A stretch of 64,000 nucleotides of DNA from an uncultured Actinomycetota bacterium (GTDB taxonomy: Bacteria; Actinomycetota; Actinomycetes; JAHEKZ01): positions 1,472,001-1,536,000 of the forward strand of contig CAVQYR010000001.1 of the NCBI GenBank assembly GCA_963718235.1. Direction: 5' to 3'. The stretch's first letter is position 1; the number at the start of each line of letters is the position of its first letter. Both the position numbers and the translations under genes were made by a program. The notes below the pieces were generated by a model. The model was not told where the DNA came from. It saw nothing but the letters and a program-made list of their open reading frames with translations, and searched no databases. Shown here one piece after another: positions 29,023 through 39,702 of the stretch.

Positions 29023-30585
29023 ATGCGCGTCACCACGATCGGGCATGCAGGGCTTCACGTGCAGACCACAGCGGGTTCGATCGTGTGCGACCCGTGGTTC
29101 AACCCGGCCTACTTCTGCTCGTGGTACCCGTTCCCAGCCAACGACGGGCTGGACATGGAGGAGCTGGGTCGCTCGGAGTACCTCTACGTGTCACACCTGC
29201 ATCGCGACCACTTCGACCCTGAGTGGCTGGACCGCTGGATGGACAAGGACACCACGGTCCTGCTGCCGGACTACGGCGTCACCGACCTTCGTGACGCGCT
29301 GTCCGACCTCGGGTTCCACCGGTTCCTCCAGACGACCAACGCCGAGCCCTTCGAGCACGAGGGGCTGACCCTGATGATCGTCGCCATGACCGCGCCGAAC
29401 GACGGGCCGCTCGGCGACTCCTGCCTCGCGGTCGACGACGGGACGGCGGCGATCCTCAACCAGAACGACGGCCGGCCCACCGACCTGGAGGCCCTCGTCC
29501 AGTTCGGCGCCTACGACGCGCACTTCCTGCAGTACAGCGGCGCGATCTGGTTCCCGATGGTCTACGACATCCCCGAGCACGTGAAGCAGGGTCTCGGCGA
29601 GCGCAAGCGGCTCAACGGCATGGAGCGCGCCCGGCGGTACGCCGAGGCGGTCGGGGCGCGGTGGATCGTGCCCGACGCCGGTCCCCCCGCGTTCTTGGAC
29701 GACGACCTGTTCGCCATCAACGACTTCGGGCAGAAGGGCAACGTCTTCCCCGACCAGCCGGTCTTCCTGGAGTACGTGCGCTCGATGGGCACCGACAACG
29801 CACTGCTCATGACCACCGGCTCGACGGTCGAGCTGCAGCGTGGGGTCGCTGAGGCCCACGTGACCCACCCTGGCCCTGACTCCGAGGTCATGGTCCCGTT
29901 CCTGGACAAGCGCGAGTACCTCACCGCCTACGCCGCCCGCACGAAGGCCGACCGTGAGGCACGCAAGGCGCTGTGGCCGACGGGCCGCACGCCGCTGCTG
30001 CCGGTCATCAAGGAGTGGTGGGAGCCGCTGATGCAGCTGATGCCCACCCTGTGCGGGCGGCTGGGCGACCGGATCCTGCTCGAGACCGAGCATGAGCAGA
30101 TCGTCGTCGACTTCGTCGACCAGCAGGTCGTGCCGTTCGACGGGCAGGAGTACCGCTACCGCCTGTACGCCAAGGACACCCTGGTCCGCAGCTGCGTCGA
30201 GCAGCGGCTGCCCGACTGGGTCAACGAGCTCTTCTTGTCGTGCCGGTTCGAGGCCAGCCGGAAGGGTCCGTACAACGAGCACGTCTACACCTGGTTCAAG
30301 TCCCTGTCCCCAGAACATGCCCGCTACGTCGAGAACTGGCTCACCAGTGACCGCGAGAGCCAGGAGATGTGGCGGTTCGGTGACCACCTCGTGCAGCGTC
30401 ACTGCCCGCACCTCGGAGCCGACCTGGCGCGGTTCGGTGAGGTCGAGGGGACGACCCTCACCTGCCAGCTGCACGGGTGGCAGTACGACCTCGACACCGG
30501 ACGGTGCCTGACGTCGGACGACGTCGAGCTGCGCACCAAGCGGATCGTCCACCGTGACGCCGAGGACGTCGCAGCCGCGACCTGA
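29023..30585 (+). CDS. MBL-fold protein with C-terminal Rieske domain (Rv3818-like)
   Basis: GHAG, DPWFNPAY, SHLHRDHFD; C-terminal CPH...CQLHGW. Confidence 0.85.
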   Translation: MRVTTIGHAGLHVQTTAGSIVCDPWFNPAYFCSWYPFPANDGLDMEELGRSEYLYVSHLHRDHFDPEWLDRWMDKDTTVLLPDYGVTDLRDALSDLGFHRFLQTTNAEPFEHEGLTLMIVAMTAPNDGPLGDSCLAVDDGTAAILNQNDGRPTDLEALVQFGAYDAHFLQYSGAIWFPMVYDIPEHVKQGLGERKRLNGMERARRYAEAVGARWIVPDAGPPAFLDDDLFAINDFGQKGNVFPDQPVFLEYVRSMGTDNALLMTTGSTVELQRGVAEAHVTHPGPDSEVMVPFLDKREYLTAYAARTKADREARKALWPTGRTPLLPVIKEWWEPLMQLMPTLCGRLGDRILLETEHEQIVVDFVDQQVVPFDGQEYRYRLYAKDTLVRSCVEQRLPDWVNELFLSCRFEASRKGPYNEHVYTWFKSLSPEHARYVENWLTSDRESQEMWRFGDHLVQRHCPHLGADLARFGEVEGTTLTCQLHGWQYDLDTGRCLTSDDVELRTKRIVHRDAEDVAAAT

Positions 30586-30605
30586 CCCACATCGCCACTG
30601 ACACC

Positions 30606-31700
30606 GTGCGCGTCCTCGTCGCCCCCGACAAGTTCGCCGGCACGCTGACCGCGGCGGAGGCCGCTGCGGCGATGGGTCGTGGCTGGCGCGTCACGCGGCC
30701 CGACGACGCCGTCGACCTGGCGCCGATGGCCGATGGCGGGCCCGGGTTCCTCGGGGTCCTGCGGTCGGCGCTGGGCGGCCACGTGCTGCGGGTGGGGTCC
30801 ACCGGCCCGCTGGGGCGACCACTGGTGGCCGACGTCCTGGTGGTCAGCGAGGCGCAGGTGTCCACGGCCTACGTGGAGGCCGCCTCGGTCTGTGGCCTGC
30901 CCGCTGCCACGCAGTCGCGTCGCCCGATGGAGGCCTCGACCGAGGGGCTGGTCGCGGTGCTGCGGGCGGCGGCCGACGCCGTGGGTCGAGCAGGACCGGA
31001 CGTCGAGGTTCGCCGCGTCGTCGTGGGCGTGGGAGGAACCGCCAGCACCGATGGCGGTCGCCCGGTGGTCGAGGCCCTCACCACCGGCTGGCCGACCGGA
31101 GTCGACCTAGTCGCAGCGGTCGACGTCGGGTGTCCGCTGCTCGGACCTTCGGGTGCCGCGCGGACCTTCGGGCCGCAGAAGGGGGCCACACCAGCCGAGG
31201 TCGAGCGGCTCGAGGAGCGCCTGGCCAACTGGGCCGCCACGACCGGCGCCGACCCGTGCGTACCCGGAGTCGGTGCGGGTGGCGGTCTGGGGTTCGGCCT
31301 GGCCCTCCTCGGGGCCCGACTGCAGCGTGGCGCCGCGGTGGTCGCCGCAGCCGTGCACCTGCGCGAGCGGGTGGGGGCCGCCGACCTGGTGCTCACCGGT
31401 GAGGGTCGCCTGGACGAGACCACGTGGGCGGGCAAGGTGGTCGCCGAAGTAGCCAGCACCGCGCGTGACCACCAGACGCCGTGCTGGGCGCTGGTCGGCC
31501 AATGCACGCTCGACGACCTCGACGCGGCCGGGCACGGCCTGTCGAGGGTCTGGTCGCTCAGCGAGCAGGTCGGCCCCGGCCCGGCGACGGCGGAGCCGCT
31601 CGGCTCGCTGTCGACGCTTGCGTCCCGGGCCGGCGCGAGCTGGCTCAACCGGCCGAGCTGGCCGAGCCATGACCCGGACCACCAGGCCCCGCGGGAATGA
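30606..31700 (+). CDS. Glycerate kinase
   Basis: APDKFAGTL, PMADGG, GGTASTDGG, FGPQKGA, TGEGRLD. Confidence 0.9.
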   Translation: MRVLVAPDKFAGTLTAAEAAAAMGRGWRVTRPDDAVDLAPMADGGPGFLGVLRSALGGHVLRVGSTGPLGRPLVADVLVVSEAQVSTAYVEAASVCGLPAATQSRRPMEASTEGLVAVLRAAADAVGRAGPDVEVRRVVVGVGGTASTDGGRPVVEALTTGWPTGVDLVAAVDVGCPLLGPSGAARTFGPQKGATPAEVERLEERLANWAATTGADPCVPGVGAGGGLGFGLALLGARLQRGAAVVAAAVHLRERVGAADLVLTGEGRLDETTWAGKVVAEVASTARDHQTPCWALVGQCTLDDLDAAGHGLSRVWSLSEQVGPGPATAEPLGSLSTLASRAGASWLNRPSWPSHDPDHQAPRE

Positions 31701-31765
31701 ATCCACCCCTTTCCTGTGTCACCATGGAGAACCGCACCGAACCGTCTCGATGAGCAGGAGCTGCC

Positions 31766-32113
31766 ATGTCCGTCCAGGACGACACCACGACCGGGGTCAT
31801 CCTCACCGATACCGCCGCCACGAAGGTGAAGGCGCTGCTCGAGAGCGAGGGCCGGACCGACCTCGCACTGAGGGTGGCGGTCCAGCCCGGCGGCTGCTCC
31901 GGCCTTCGCTACCAGCTGTTCTTCGACGACCGGACCCTCGACGGCGACGTCGCCGCGGACTACGAGGGCTTCTCCGTGGTCGTCGACCGGATGAGCGTGC
32001 CCTACCTGCTCGGGGCGTCGATCGACTTCGTCGACACGATCGAGAAGCAGGGGTTCACGATCGACAACCCCAATGCGACGGGCTCCTGCGCGTGCGGGGA
32101 CTCCTTCAACTGA
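31766..32113 (+). CDS. HesB/IscA/ErpA Fe-S carrier protein
   Basis: GGCSG and NPNATGSCACGDSF. Confidence 0.96.
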   Translation: MSVQDDTTTGVILTDTAATKVKALLESEGRTDLALRVAVQPGGCSGLRYQLFFDDRTLDGDVAADYEGFSVVVDRMSVPYLLGASIDFVDTIEKQGFTIDNPNATGSCACGDSFN

Positions 32114-32263
32114 CGTTCGGTTGACGATCCGATCCGGGTCGGGACCGCTGCGCAGAAGTCAGGCCCCGGTTTCCGGGCGTTTCGCCCCGTGGGCAGGTCC
32201 GATAGGGGCAGACTGACCGAGGGACCGGGGAGCTCGGCCCGATGCCGACCTGGGGAGTCCGCT

Positions 32264-33424
32264 GTGCTCACGCCTTCACGACTTGCAGCCGCGCTGTGCG
32301 GAACCGTCCTCGTCTTCTCCGCAGTGGCGCTGGTGGCACCGGCCGGAGCCGCCGACCCGGAGGGGACCCCGCAGACCTTCGGCTCGAACACCTTCGGCCA
32401 GCTGGGCGACGGTTCGCCGTCCGCCACCGTTCGGACCAGCCCGGGTCCGGTCAGCGGTCTGACCGACGTCACCCAGGTGGCAGGTGGTCGCGAGCACGTC
32501 CTTGCCCTGCGCAGCAACGGCACGGTGTCGGCCTGGGGCAGTAACGCGAAGGGCCAGATCGGCGACGGGACCACCGTGTCGACCCGGACCCGCCCGGTGG
32601 CGGTACCGGGGCTGAGCGGCATCACCCAGGTGGCCACCGGGCACTACCACTCGCTGGCCCGACGCTCCGACGGCACGGCCTGGGCCTGGGGGTACAACGG
32701 CCTGGGCCAGCTCGGCGACGGGACTTCGACGAACCGACGGACCCCGCAACGCTATGGCTCCTTCACCACGGTCACCCAGGTCGCGGGCGGACGTGACATG
32801 AGCCTGGTGCTCCTCGGCAACGGCACGGTGTGGTGCTCGGGGAACAACGCGCTGGGGGAGTGCGGCGACGGCACGACGGCCCGGCGACGGTCTCCGGTTC
32901 AGGTCCGCGGGCTCACCGACGTCGTCGAGGTCGCTGGTGGGCGCAACCATGCACTGGCCCTGCTGTCCGACGGCACGGTGTGGGCCTGGGGTCTGAACAG
33001 CTCGGGCCAGCTGGGCGACGGCACGACCACCACCCGCACGGTGCCCGTCCAGGTCACTGGCCTGAGCAACGTGGTGGAGGTGGCCGCCGGCGCGAACCAC
33101 AGCCTGGCCCTCCTGGCCAACGGCACGGTGCGGGCCTGGGGCGAGAACTCCCGCGGCAACCTCGGCCTGGGGACGACGGCCGACCAGCGCACGCCGGTCG
33201 CCGTGCCAGGCATCTCCAACGCGGACGTCGTCGAGGCCGGGCGCGACCACACGATGGTGATCACCGACACGGGCGCTCTGTACGTGTGGGGATGGAACGT
33301 CTACGGCCAGGCCGGACTGTCGACACTGGTCAACGTGAAGTCGCCGCGGCTCGTCCCCGGGGTGAGCGGTGCCACCTCGGTGGGTGGCGGCCAGGCCTAC
33401 ACGGTGGTGCTGACGACCGGGTAG
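32264..33424 (+). CDS. Secreted RCC1/BLIP-II-like beta-propeller protein
   Basis: Signal peptide followed by about seven repeats of GTV-AWG-N--GQLGDG; GGGGAG RBS before GTG. Confidence 0.88.
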   Translation: MLTPSRLAAALCGTVLVFSAVALVAPAGAADPEGTPQTFGSNTFGQLGDGSPSATVRTSPGPVSGLTDVTQVAGGREHVLALRSNGTVSAWGSNAKGQIGDGTTVSTRTRPVAVPGLSGITQVATGHYHSLARRSDGTAWAWGYNGLGQLGDGTSTNRRTPQRYGSFTTVTQVAGGRDMSLVLLGNGTVWCSGNNALGECGDGTTARRRSPVQVRGLTDVVEVAGGRNHALALLSDGTVWAWGLNSSGQLGDGTTTTRTVPVQVTGLSNVVEVAAGANHSLALLANGTVRAWGENSRGNLGLGTTADQRTPVAVPGISNADVVEAGRDHTMVITDTGALYVWGWNVYGQAGLSTLVNVKSPRLVPGVSGATSVGGGQAYTVVLTTG

Positions 33425-33472
33425 CCACCGACCAGGGACCGGGAGGCAGCAGGGCTGGCTACGCTGCGGGCC

Positions 33473-34456
33473 ATGCGCATCGCCGTCACCGGGTCCATCG
33501 CGACCGACCACCTCATGACCTTCCCCGGGCGGTTCACCGACTCGCTGGTCGCCGACCAGCTGGACAAGGTGTCCCTGTCGTTCCTGGTGAACCACCTCGA
33601 GATCCGCCGGGGTGGGGTAGCCGCCAACATCGCCTTCGGGATGGGGTGCCTCGGGCTGCGGCCCGTGCTCGTCGGGGCGGTCGGTGCCGACTTCGCCGAC
33701 TACCGCTCGTGGTTGGAACGGCACGGCGTGGACACCGCCTCGGTGCATGTCTCCGACGTCAGCCACACGGCGCGGTTCATCTGCACCACCGACGAGGCCC
33801 AGAACCAGATCGCCTCGTTCTACCCGGGTGCGATGTCCGAAGCCCGAGCGATCGAGTTCGGGCCGATCCTGGAGCGGCTGGGCGGGCTGGACCTCGTGCT
33901 GATCGGGCCGGACGACCCCGACGCGATGCTCCGGCACACCGAGGAGTGCCGGCAGCGGGGGATCCCCTTCGCCGCGGACCCGTCCCAGCAGCTGGCCCGG
34001 ATGGACGGCCCCGACATCCGTCGCCTCGTCGACGGTGCGACCTACCTGTTCACCAACGAGTACGAGGCTGCTCTGACCGAGCAGAAGACCGGCTGGAGCG
34101 GCGCCGAGATCCTCAGTCGGGTGCAGACCCGGGTCACCACGCACGGACCGAAGGGCGCCGTGGTGGAGTCCGCCGATCAGCAGCCGGTCAGCGTGGCGGT
34201 GCCGGTCGAGGAGCGCAAGGCCGACCCGACGGGCGTGGGTGACGGGTTCCGGGCCGGTTTCGTCGCCGGGTTGGCCTGGAACCTGTCGCCCCGGCGCAGC
34301 GCCGAGCTGGGCTGCCTGCTCGCCACGTATGTGCTCGAGACGGTCGGTACCCAGGAGTACCGGTTCGACCGGTCCGGCTTCGTCGAACGGTTCGCCCAGG
34401 CGTACGGCGCCGAGGCCGCGGACCAGCTGGCCCCCCACCTGGTCCGCGTGACCTGA
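33473..34456 (+). CDS. adoK: PfkB-family kinase (actinobacterial adenosine kinase)
   Basis: VTGSIATDHLM, SLSFLV, DPSQQL, DPTGVGDGFRAG. Confidence 0.88.
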   Translation: MRIAVTGSIATDHLMTFPGRFTDSLVADQLDKVSLSFLVNHLEIRRGGVAANIAFGMGCLGLRPVLVGAVGADFADYRSWLERHGVDTASVHVSDVSHTARFICTTDEAQNQIASFYPGAMSEARAIEFGPILERLGGLDLVLIGPDDPDAMLRHTEECRQRGIPFAADPSQQLARMDGPDIRRLVDGATYLFTNEYEAALTEQKTGWSGAEILSRVQTRVTTHGPKGAVVESADQQPVSVAVPVEERKADPTGVGDGFRAGFVAGLAWNLSPRRSAELGCLLATYVLETVGTQEYRFDRSGFVERFAQAYGAEAADQLAPHLVRVT

Positions 34457-34471
34457 GCGGGGCCTTCGACC

Positions 34472-35218
34472 GTGGTCGACCCAGCCTCCGACCGTCCTGC
34501 GTGGCCGCGGATCCCACCGCCCACGACCTGGCGGCTGCCCGACGCCGGGTCACTGCCGGAGGACCTCGACGGACAGGACCTGGTCGCGCTCGGCGCCGAC
34601 CTCGAGCCGGGGACGCTGCTCGCGGCATACACCCAGGGGCTGTTCCCGATGGGCGTCGAGCATGAGCTCGGCTGGTGGTCACCCGACCCGCGGGGACTGC
34701 TGCCCCTGGATGACCTGGTGGTGAGCCGTTCGCTGCGGTCGGCGTGCCGCCGGTTCCGGGTGACCGTGGACGCCGCCTTCGGCGACGTCGTCGACGGGTG
34801 CGCTCACCCCGACGTCCGAGGTGACCGGGGCGGCCGGTGGATCACGCCCCACTTCATCGCTGCCTACTCCCGGCTGCACGACCTCGGGTGGGCGCACAGC
34901 ATCGAGGTCTGGGACGACGAGGGCGGTCTCGCCGGTGGTCTCTACGGCGTCGCGGTCCGCGGGCTGTTCGCCGGGGAGTCGATGTTCCACCGACGCCGGG
35001 ACGCCTCGAAGGTCGCCCTGGCCGCGCTGGTCCGCCTGCTCGCGGGGGACGGCGCCCAGCGCCTGCTCGACGTCCAGTGGCTGACCCCGCACCTGCAGAG
35101 CCTCGGTGCCTGCGAGGTGCCGCGCGCGGACTACGGGCGGCTCCTCCGGTCGGCGCTGGCCCTACCGCTTCCCGAGGCCTTCGCCCGCCCCTCCCACGGC
35201 CTCGTTATCGAGCCGTGA
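34472..35218 (+). CDS. aat: Leucyl/phenylalanyl-tRNA-protein transferase
   Basis: AY-GLFPM, WWSPDPRG, AHSIEVW, GESMFH, DASKVAL, HLQSLGA. Confidence 0.93.
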   Translation: MVDPASDRPAWPRIPPPTTWRLPDAGSLPEDLDGQDLVALGADLEPGTLLAAYTQGLFPMGVEHELGWWSPDPRGLLPLDDLVVSRSLRSACRRFRVTVDAAFGDVVDGCAHPDVRGDRGGRWITPHFIAAYSRLHDLGWAHSIEVWDDEGGLAGGLYGVAVRGLFAGESMFHRRRDASKVALAALVRLLAGDGAQRLLDVQWLTPHLQSLGACEVPRADYGRLLRSALALPLPEAFARPSHGLVIEP

Positions 35219-35391
35219 CCTGAGGGCGGCGGCACCTCCCGGACCCGGTGGTCAAGACGCCGGGGGCGACATCGCCCCCTACCGGGAAACGCGTCGATCG
35301 CTGCGCTAACGTGTGCTCGGCAACACCCTGGAACCACCGGCTCGGGGCGCCGACACGCGCGCCGTCCGGTCCTCCTCGAAGAAGGCGCCCT

Positions 35392-36270
35392 GTGACCTCG
35401 ACCCGCCCTGCCGGCCACCCCCGCCGGCGGCTTGCGGTAGCCGGCATCGCCGGATCGGTGCTCCTCACCGCCACCGGTTGCTCGATGCAGGATGTCCCGC
35501 CCCAGCTGTCGATCCCCGACCCCGCCTCTGACAGTGGAGAGATCATCTACTCGCTGTGGCAGGGCTCGTGGGTCGCGCTGTGGCTGGTAGGCCTGTTCAC
35601 CTGGGCCCTGATCCTGGGAGCAGCGTTCTGGTACCGACGTCGGCACGGCGAGCACGTGCCGGCCCAGACCCGGTACAACCTGCCGATCGAGGTTCTCTAC
35701 ACGATCACCCCGCTGGTGCTGATCGCCGGCTTCTTCTACTTCACCGCGCGCGACGAGGCAGCCATCACCAAGGTCAGCGACGACCAGGACCTCACCGTCA
35801 ACGTGGTCGGCTACCAGTGGAACTGGGGCTTCAACTACCTCGACTCCGACGTCTTCGAAGCCGGCACGCCGCAACAGCTGCCGACCCTGTACCTGCCGGA
35901 GGACCAGAAGGTCCGCTTCGTGCTCACCTCTCCTGACGTCATCCACTCGTTCTGGGTGCCCAAGTTCCTGTTCAAGATGGACGTCGTGCCGGGGCGGGCC
36001 AACCAGTTCGAGCTGACCCCCACCGAGCAGGGCACCTTCGCCGGCAAGTGCGCCGAGATGTGTGGCACGTACCACTCGCAGATGCTGTTCTGGGTCAAGG
36101 TCGTGAGTCCCGAGGAGTACGAGCAGCACATGCAGGAGCTCGCCGCCGCCGGGCAGACCGGCCTTCTGGCCACCGGGCGGGCCAACGACGATGCACAGGA
36201 CCAGGGCAACACCCGGTTCGGCTCCGGGGGCCAGAACGACCTCACCAACCCGTTGGGAGACCAAGAGTGA
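35392..36270 (+). CDS. ctaC: Cytochrome c oxidase subunit II
   Basis: Lipobox [26 protein letters not shown] CuA site; start uncertain. Confidence 0.95.
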   Translation: MTSTRPAGHPRRRLAVAGIAGSVLLTATGCSMQDVPPQLSIPDPASDSGEIIYSLWQGSWVALWLVGLFTWALILGAAFWYRRRHGEHVPAQTRYNLPIEVLYTITPLVLIAGFFYFTARDEAAITKVSDDQDLTVNVVGYQWNWGFNYLDSDVFEAGTPQQLPTLYLPEDQKVRFVLTSPDVIHSFWVPKFLFKMDVVPGRANQFELTPTEQGTFAGKCAEMCGTYHSQMLFWVKVVSPEEYEQHMQELAAAGQTGLLATGRANDDAQDQGNTRFGSGGQNDLTNPLGDQE

Positions 36271-38021
36271 CGATCCTCAACGAGCGGGTCACGGAGCCGG
36301 CTCCGCAAGCGGCCAAGCGTCCGATGTCCAAGGGTCGCCTGGTCGTGAGCTGGATCACGAGCACCGACCACAAGGTGATCGGCAACCTGTACTTCATCAC
36401 GTCGTTCTTCTTCTTCCTGGTCGCCGGCGCGATGGCGCTGATCATCCGCGCCGAGCTCGCCTCGCCAGAGCTGCAGTTCGTGTCGCTGGAGCAGTACAAC
36501 CAGCTGTTCACCATGCACGGGACGCTCATGCTGTTCCTGTTCGCTACCCCGCTCTTCTCGGCTTTCGCCAACGCGATCATGCCGCTGCAGATCGGCTCGC
36601 CCGACGTGGCGTTCCCGCGGCTGAACATGCTGGCCTATTGGCTGTTCGCCATCGGTGGGTTCATCGTGCTGGCGAGCCTGCTGACGCCGGGTGGTGCAGC
36701 GTCCTTCGGCTGGACCGCGTACGCACCGCTGAGCGATGCCGTCAGGTCGCCCGGCGTCGGGTCGGACATGTGGATCATGGGCCTGGCCATGGGCGGTCTG
36801 GGCACCATCCTCGGTGCGGTGAACTTCATCACCACGATCGCGGGCATGCGCGCTCCCGGCATGACCATGTTCCGGATGCCGCTGTTCACCTGGACCGTGC
36901 TTCTCACCAGCATCCTGGTGCTGATGGCCTTCCCGGTCCTCGCAGCTGCGCTCATCGTGCTGGAGTTCGACCGGCAGTTCGGCACCTTGGTGTTCGACCC
37001 GAGCCTGGGCGGGGCGATCCTGTGGCAGCACCTGTTCTGGTTCTTCGGGCATCCTGAGGTCTACATCCTCGCCCTACCGTTCTTCGGCATCATCAGCGAG
37101 ATCCTGCCGGTGTTCAGCCGCAAGCCGATCTTCGGCTACAAGGGGCTGGTCTTCGCGACGATCGCGATCGCGGCCCTCTCGGTGGCTGTGTGGGCCCACC
37201 ACATGTTCGTCACCGGAGCGGTGCTGCTGCCGTTCTTCGCCTTCATGACGATGCTCATCGCCGTACCGACCGGCGTGAAGTTCTTCAACTGGATCGGCAC
37301 GATGTGGGGCGGGTCGATCACCTTCGAGACGCCGATGCTGTTCTCCCTCGGGTTCCTCGTGACGTTCCTGTTCGGTGGGCTGACCGGGATCATCCTGGCG
37401 TCGCCGCCGCTGGACTTCCACGTGTCGGACTCCTACTTCGTGGTGGCCCACTTCCACTACACGGTGTTCGGCACGGTCGTGTTCTTGATGTTCGCCGGCT
37501 TCTACTTCTGGTGGCCGAAACTGACCGGGAAGCGACTCGACGAGCGGTTGGGACAAGTCCACTTCTGGCTGTTGTTCATCGGCTTCCAGGTCACGTTCTT
37601 GATCCAGCACTGGCTGGGGGTCAAGGGCTTCCCCCGTCGGTACGGTGACTACCTGCCCGGGGACGGCTACACCTTCATGAACCAGGTGTCCACGGTCGGC
37701 TCGATCCTGCTGGGTCTGTCGACCCTGGTGTACCTCTACAACGTCTGGCGCACTGCGAAGAAGGGTGAGCTCGTCAACACCGACGACCCGTGGGGCTATG
37801 GTCGGTCGCTGGAGTGGGCCACGTCGTGCCCGCCGCCTCGGCACAACTTCACCTCGATCCCCAAGATCCGCTCGGAGTCCCCGGCGTTCGACCTGCACTA
37901 CCCCGAGATCGTCGCCCTCGAGCGAGCCTCGCTGGCCGGTGCCGCCGCGGCACCCGCTGCGGTCGCATCGTCCGACTCGCCGTCCGGCTCGCCGACCGGC
38001 ACCGACGGCAAGGAGGCCTGA
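36267..38021 (+). CDS. ctaD: Cytochrome c oxidase subunit I
   Basis: [20 protein letters not shown]. Confidence 0.98.
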   Translation: MTILNERVTEPAPQAAKRPMSKGRLVVSWITSTDHKVIGNLYFITSFFFFLVAGAMALIIRAELASPELQFVSLEQYNQLFTMHGTLMLFLFATPLFSAFANAIMPLQIGSPDVAFPRLNMLAYWLFAIGGFIVLASLLTPGGAASFGWTAYAPLSDAVRSPGVGSDMWIMGLAMGGLGTILGAVNFITTIAGMRAPGMTMFRMPLFTWTVLLTSILVLMAFPVLAAALIVLEFDRQFGTLVFDPSLGGAILWQHLFWFFGHPEVYILALPFFGIISEILPVFSRKPIFGYKGLVFATIAIAALSVAVWAHHMFVTGAVLLPFFAFMTMLIAVPTGVKFFNWIGTMWGGSITFETPMLFSLGFLVTFLFGGLTGIILASPPLDFHVSDSYFVVAHFHYTVFGTVVFLMFAGFYFWWPKLTGKRLDERLGQVHFWLLFIGFQVTFLIQHWLGVKGFPRRYGDYLPGDGYTFMNQVSTVGSILLGLSTLVYLYNVWRTAKKGELVNTDDPWGYGRSLEWATSCPPPRHNFTSIPKIRSESPAFDLHYPEIVALERASLAGAAAAPAAVASSDSPSGSPTGTDGKEA

Positions 38022-38024
38022 GCC

Positions 38025-38426
38025 ATGCGAGTCACGGGTCGGCTCTTCGGGATCATTGCGGTCTTCTTCGCCCTGATCGGTGCGATCTACTGGTGGTTGG
38101 CCAAGGAGCCCGCGGGGACGGCAGCCCTGGTGTTCACCGGAGGGCTCGGCTTCCTCGTGGCCTTCTACTTCCTGTTCACCGCCGGCCGGGTCGAGCCCCT
38201 GCCGGAGGACGACGAGGAGGGGAACATCGAGGACTTCGCCGGGGAGTACGGCTTCTTCAGTCCGCACAGCTGGTGGCCGCTGCCGATCGGCATCGGGGCG
38301 GGAATCACCGGCGTGGGATTCTGCTACCACTCGTGGTGGCTGATCCTCCTCGGGGCCTTCGTGGTCGTCCTGGGTACGGTGGGGATGCTCTTCGAGTACT
38401 ACGTGGGTGAGTTCGCCCGCGAGTAG
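38025..38426 (+). CDS. ctaF: Cytochrome c oxidase subunit 4
   Basis: EPAG, PED, GFFSPHSWWP, FEYY. Confidence 0.92.
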   Translation: MRVTGRLFGIIAVFFALIGAIYWWLAKEPAGTAALVFTGGLGFLVAFYFLFTAGRVEPLPEDDEEGNIEDFAGEYGFFSPHSWWPLPIGIGAGITGVGFCYHSWWLILLGAFVVVLGTVGMLFEYYVGEFARE

Positions 38427-38507
38427 AGGTTCAGGTCCAACGGCGGGTCAGGTTCTCACCCTGACTTGCCGATGCTGGGCGAGACCGGTCACCATGTGAC
38501 TTCGCCC

Positions 38508-39698
38508 ATGACGGGGGTTCGTTTGATCGCGGTCCGCTCCGCCCGGATGCGTGCTGGCCTGCTCGGCCTGGCCGCAGCCGCGCTTCTGGCCGCCTGCACC
38601 CCCGCCGGCGCCGAGAGCGACCAGTCGCCTGCTGCGAGCCGGTCGGCCGCCGTGATCAGCATCCGACCCGTCGCCGGAGACGTGTGGCGTCCCGACCGGC
38701 CCATCACCGTCGATGTCGTGGCCGGGACCTTCGACGACGTCGACGTGCGCACCGCCGACGGTCGGGAGGTCCGGGGTCGGCTCAGCCGCGACGGTACCCA
38801 GTGGCGGTCCACCGTCGACCTGCTGCGCTTCGACACCCGCTACGTCGTGCGAGCCCAGGCCCGCGACGAGGCCGGCCTTCTGGCGCGCCGGACCAGTGCC
38901 TTTCGCACCGAGAAGCCCAAGGCCCTCGTCCACTCGTCGATCCTCCCGGGCTCGGGCGCGCTGGTCGGCGTCGGGATGCCCGTGATCGTGACGTTCGACG
39001 AGCCGGTGCCCAACCGCGGTGCGGCCGAGCGCGGGCTCAGCGTGACCGCCACCCCTCGTCAGCCCGGTGGCTGGTACTGGGTCAGCGACACGATGGTCCG
39101 CTATCGCCCGAAGACCTACTGGAAGCCCGGTTCCCAGGTGCGGGTCGACGTCGCGCTCGACGGGGTCAAGCTGGGCGACCGGATCTGGGGTGACGACGAC
39201 GACTCCGTGCGCTTCGACGTCGGTGACGCGGTGGTGAGCACGGTCGACATCGGCGACCACATGATGACCGTGCGGCGCAACGGAGAGGTGATCCGCACGA
39301 TTCCGGTCACCACCGGCAAGCCGGGATGGGACACCAGGGCCGGGACCAAGATCATCATCTCCAAGGACCGCAAGGTCGTCATGGACGCTGCCACGATCGA
39401 CGTCGCCGAGGCAGACCCGGAGTACTACCGGCTCGACGTCGAGTACGCGATGCGGCTCACCTGGAGCGGTGAGTACCTCCACGCCGCACCGTGGTCGGTG
39501 AGCGACCAGGGTGAGGACAACGTGAGCCACGGCTGCACGGGGATGAGCAACGAAGACGCGGCCTGGCTGTACGAGCTGTCCCAGGTGGGTGACGTCGTCG
39601 AGTACGTCGACGGCGTGCGCTCGATGGAGGCGTGGAACGGCTACACCGACTGGGAGATCCCCTGGTCGCAGTGGCGGTCCGGCAGCGCCTTGAGCTAG
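38508..39698 (+). CDS. L,D-transpeptidase lipoprotein
   Basis: LAAC lipobox, VGVGMP Ig-like domain, HAAPWS...SHGC active site; start uncertain. Confidence 0.92.
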   Translation: MTGVRLIAVRSARMRAGLLGLAAAALLAACTPAGAESDQSPAASRSAAVISIRPVAGDVWRPDRPITVDVVAGTFDDVDVRTADGREVRGRLSRDGTQWRSTVDLLRFDTRYVVRAQARDEAGLLARRTSAFRTEKPKALVHSSILPGSGALVGVGMPVIVTFDEPVPNRGAAERGLSVTATPRQPGGWYWVSDTMVRYRPKTYWKPGSQVRVDVALDGVKLGDRIWGDDDDSVRFDVGDAVVSTVDIGDHMMTVRRNGEVIRTIPVTTGKPGWDTRAGTKIIISKDRKVVMDAATIDVAEADPEYYRLDVEYAMRLTWSGEYLHAAPWSVSDQGEDNVSHGCTGMSNEDAAWLYELSQVGDVVEYVDGVRSMEAWNGYTDWEIPWSQWRSGSALS

Positions 39699-39702
39699 TC
39701 GG

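Noticed and set aside
32380-33320. Periodic GGCCAGCTGGGCGACGG-like repeats about 150 nt apart
   Set aside because: They are the coding repeats of the RCC1 blades, not a DNA-level array
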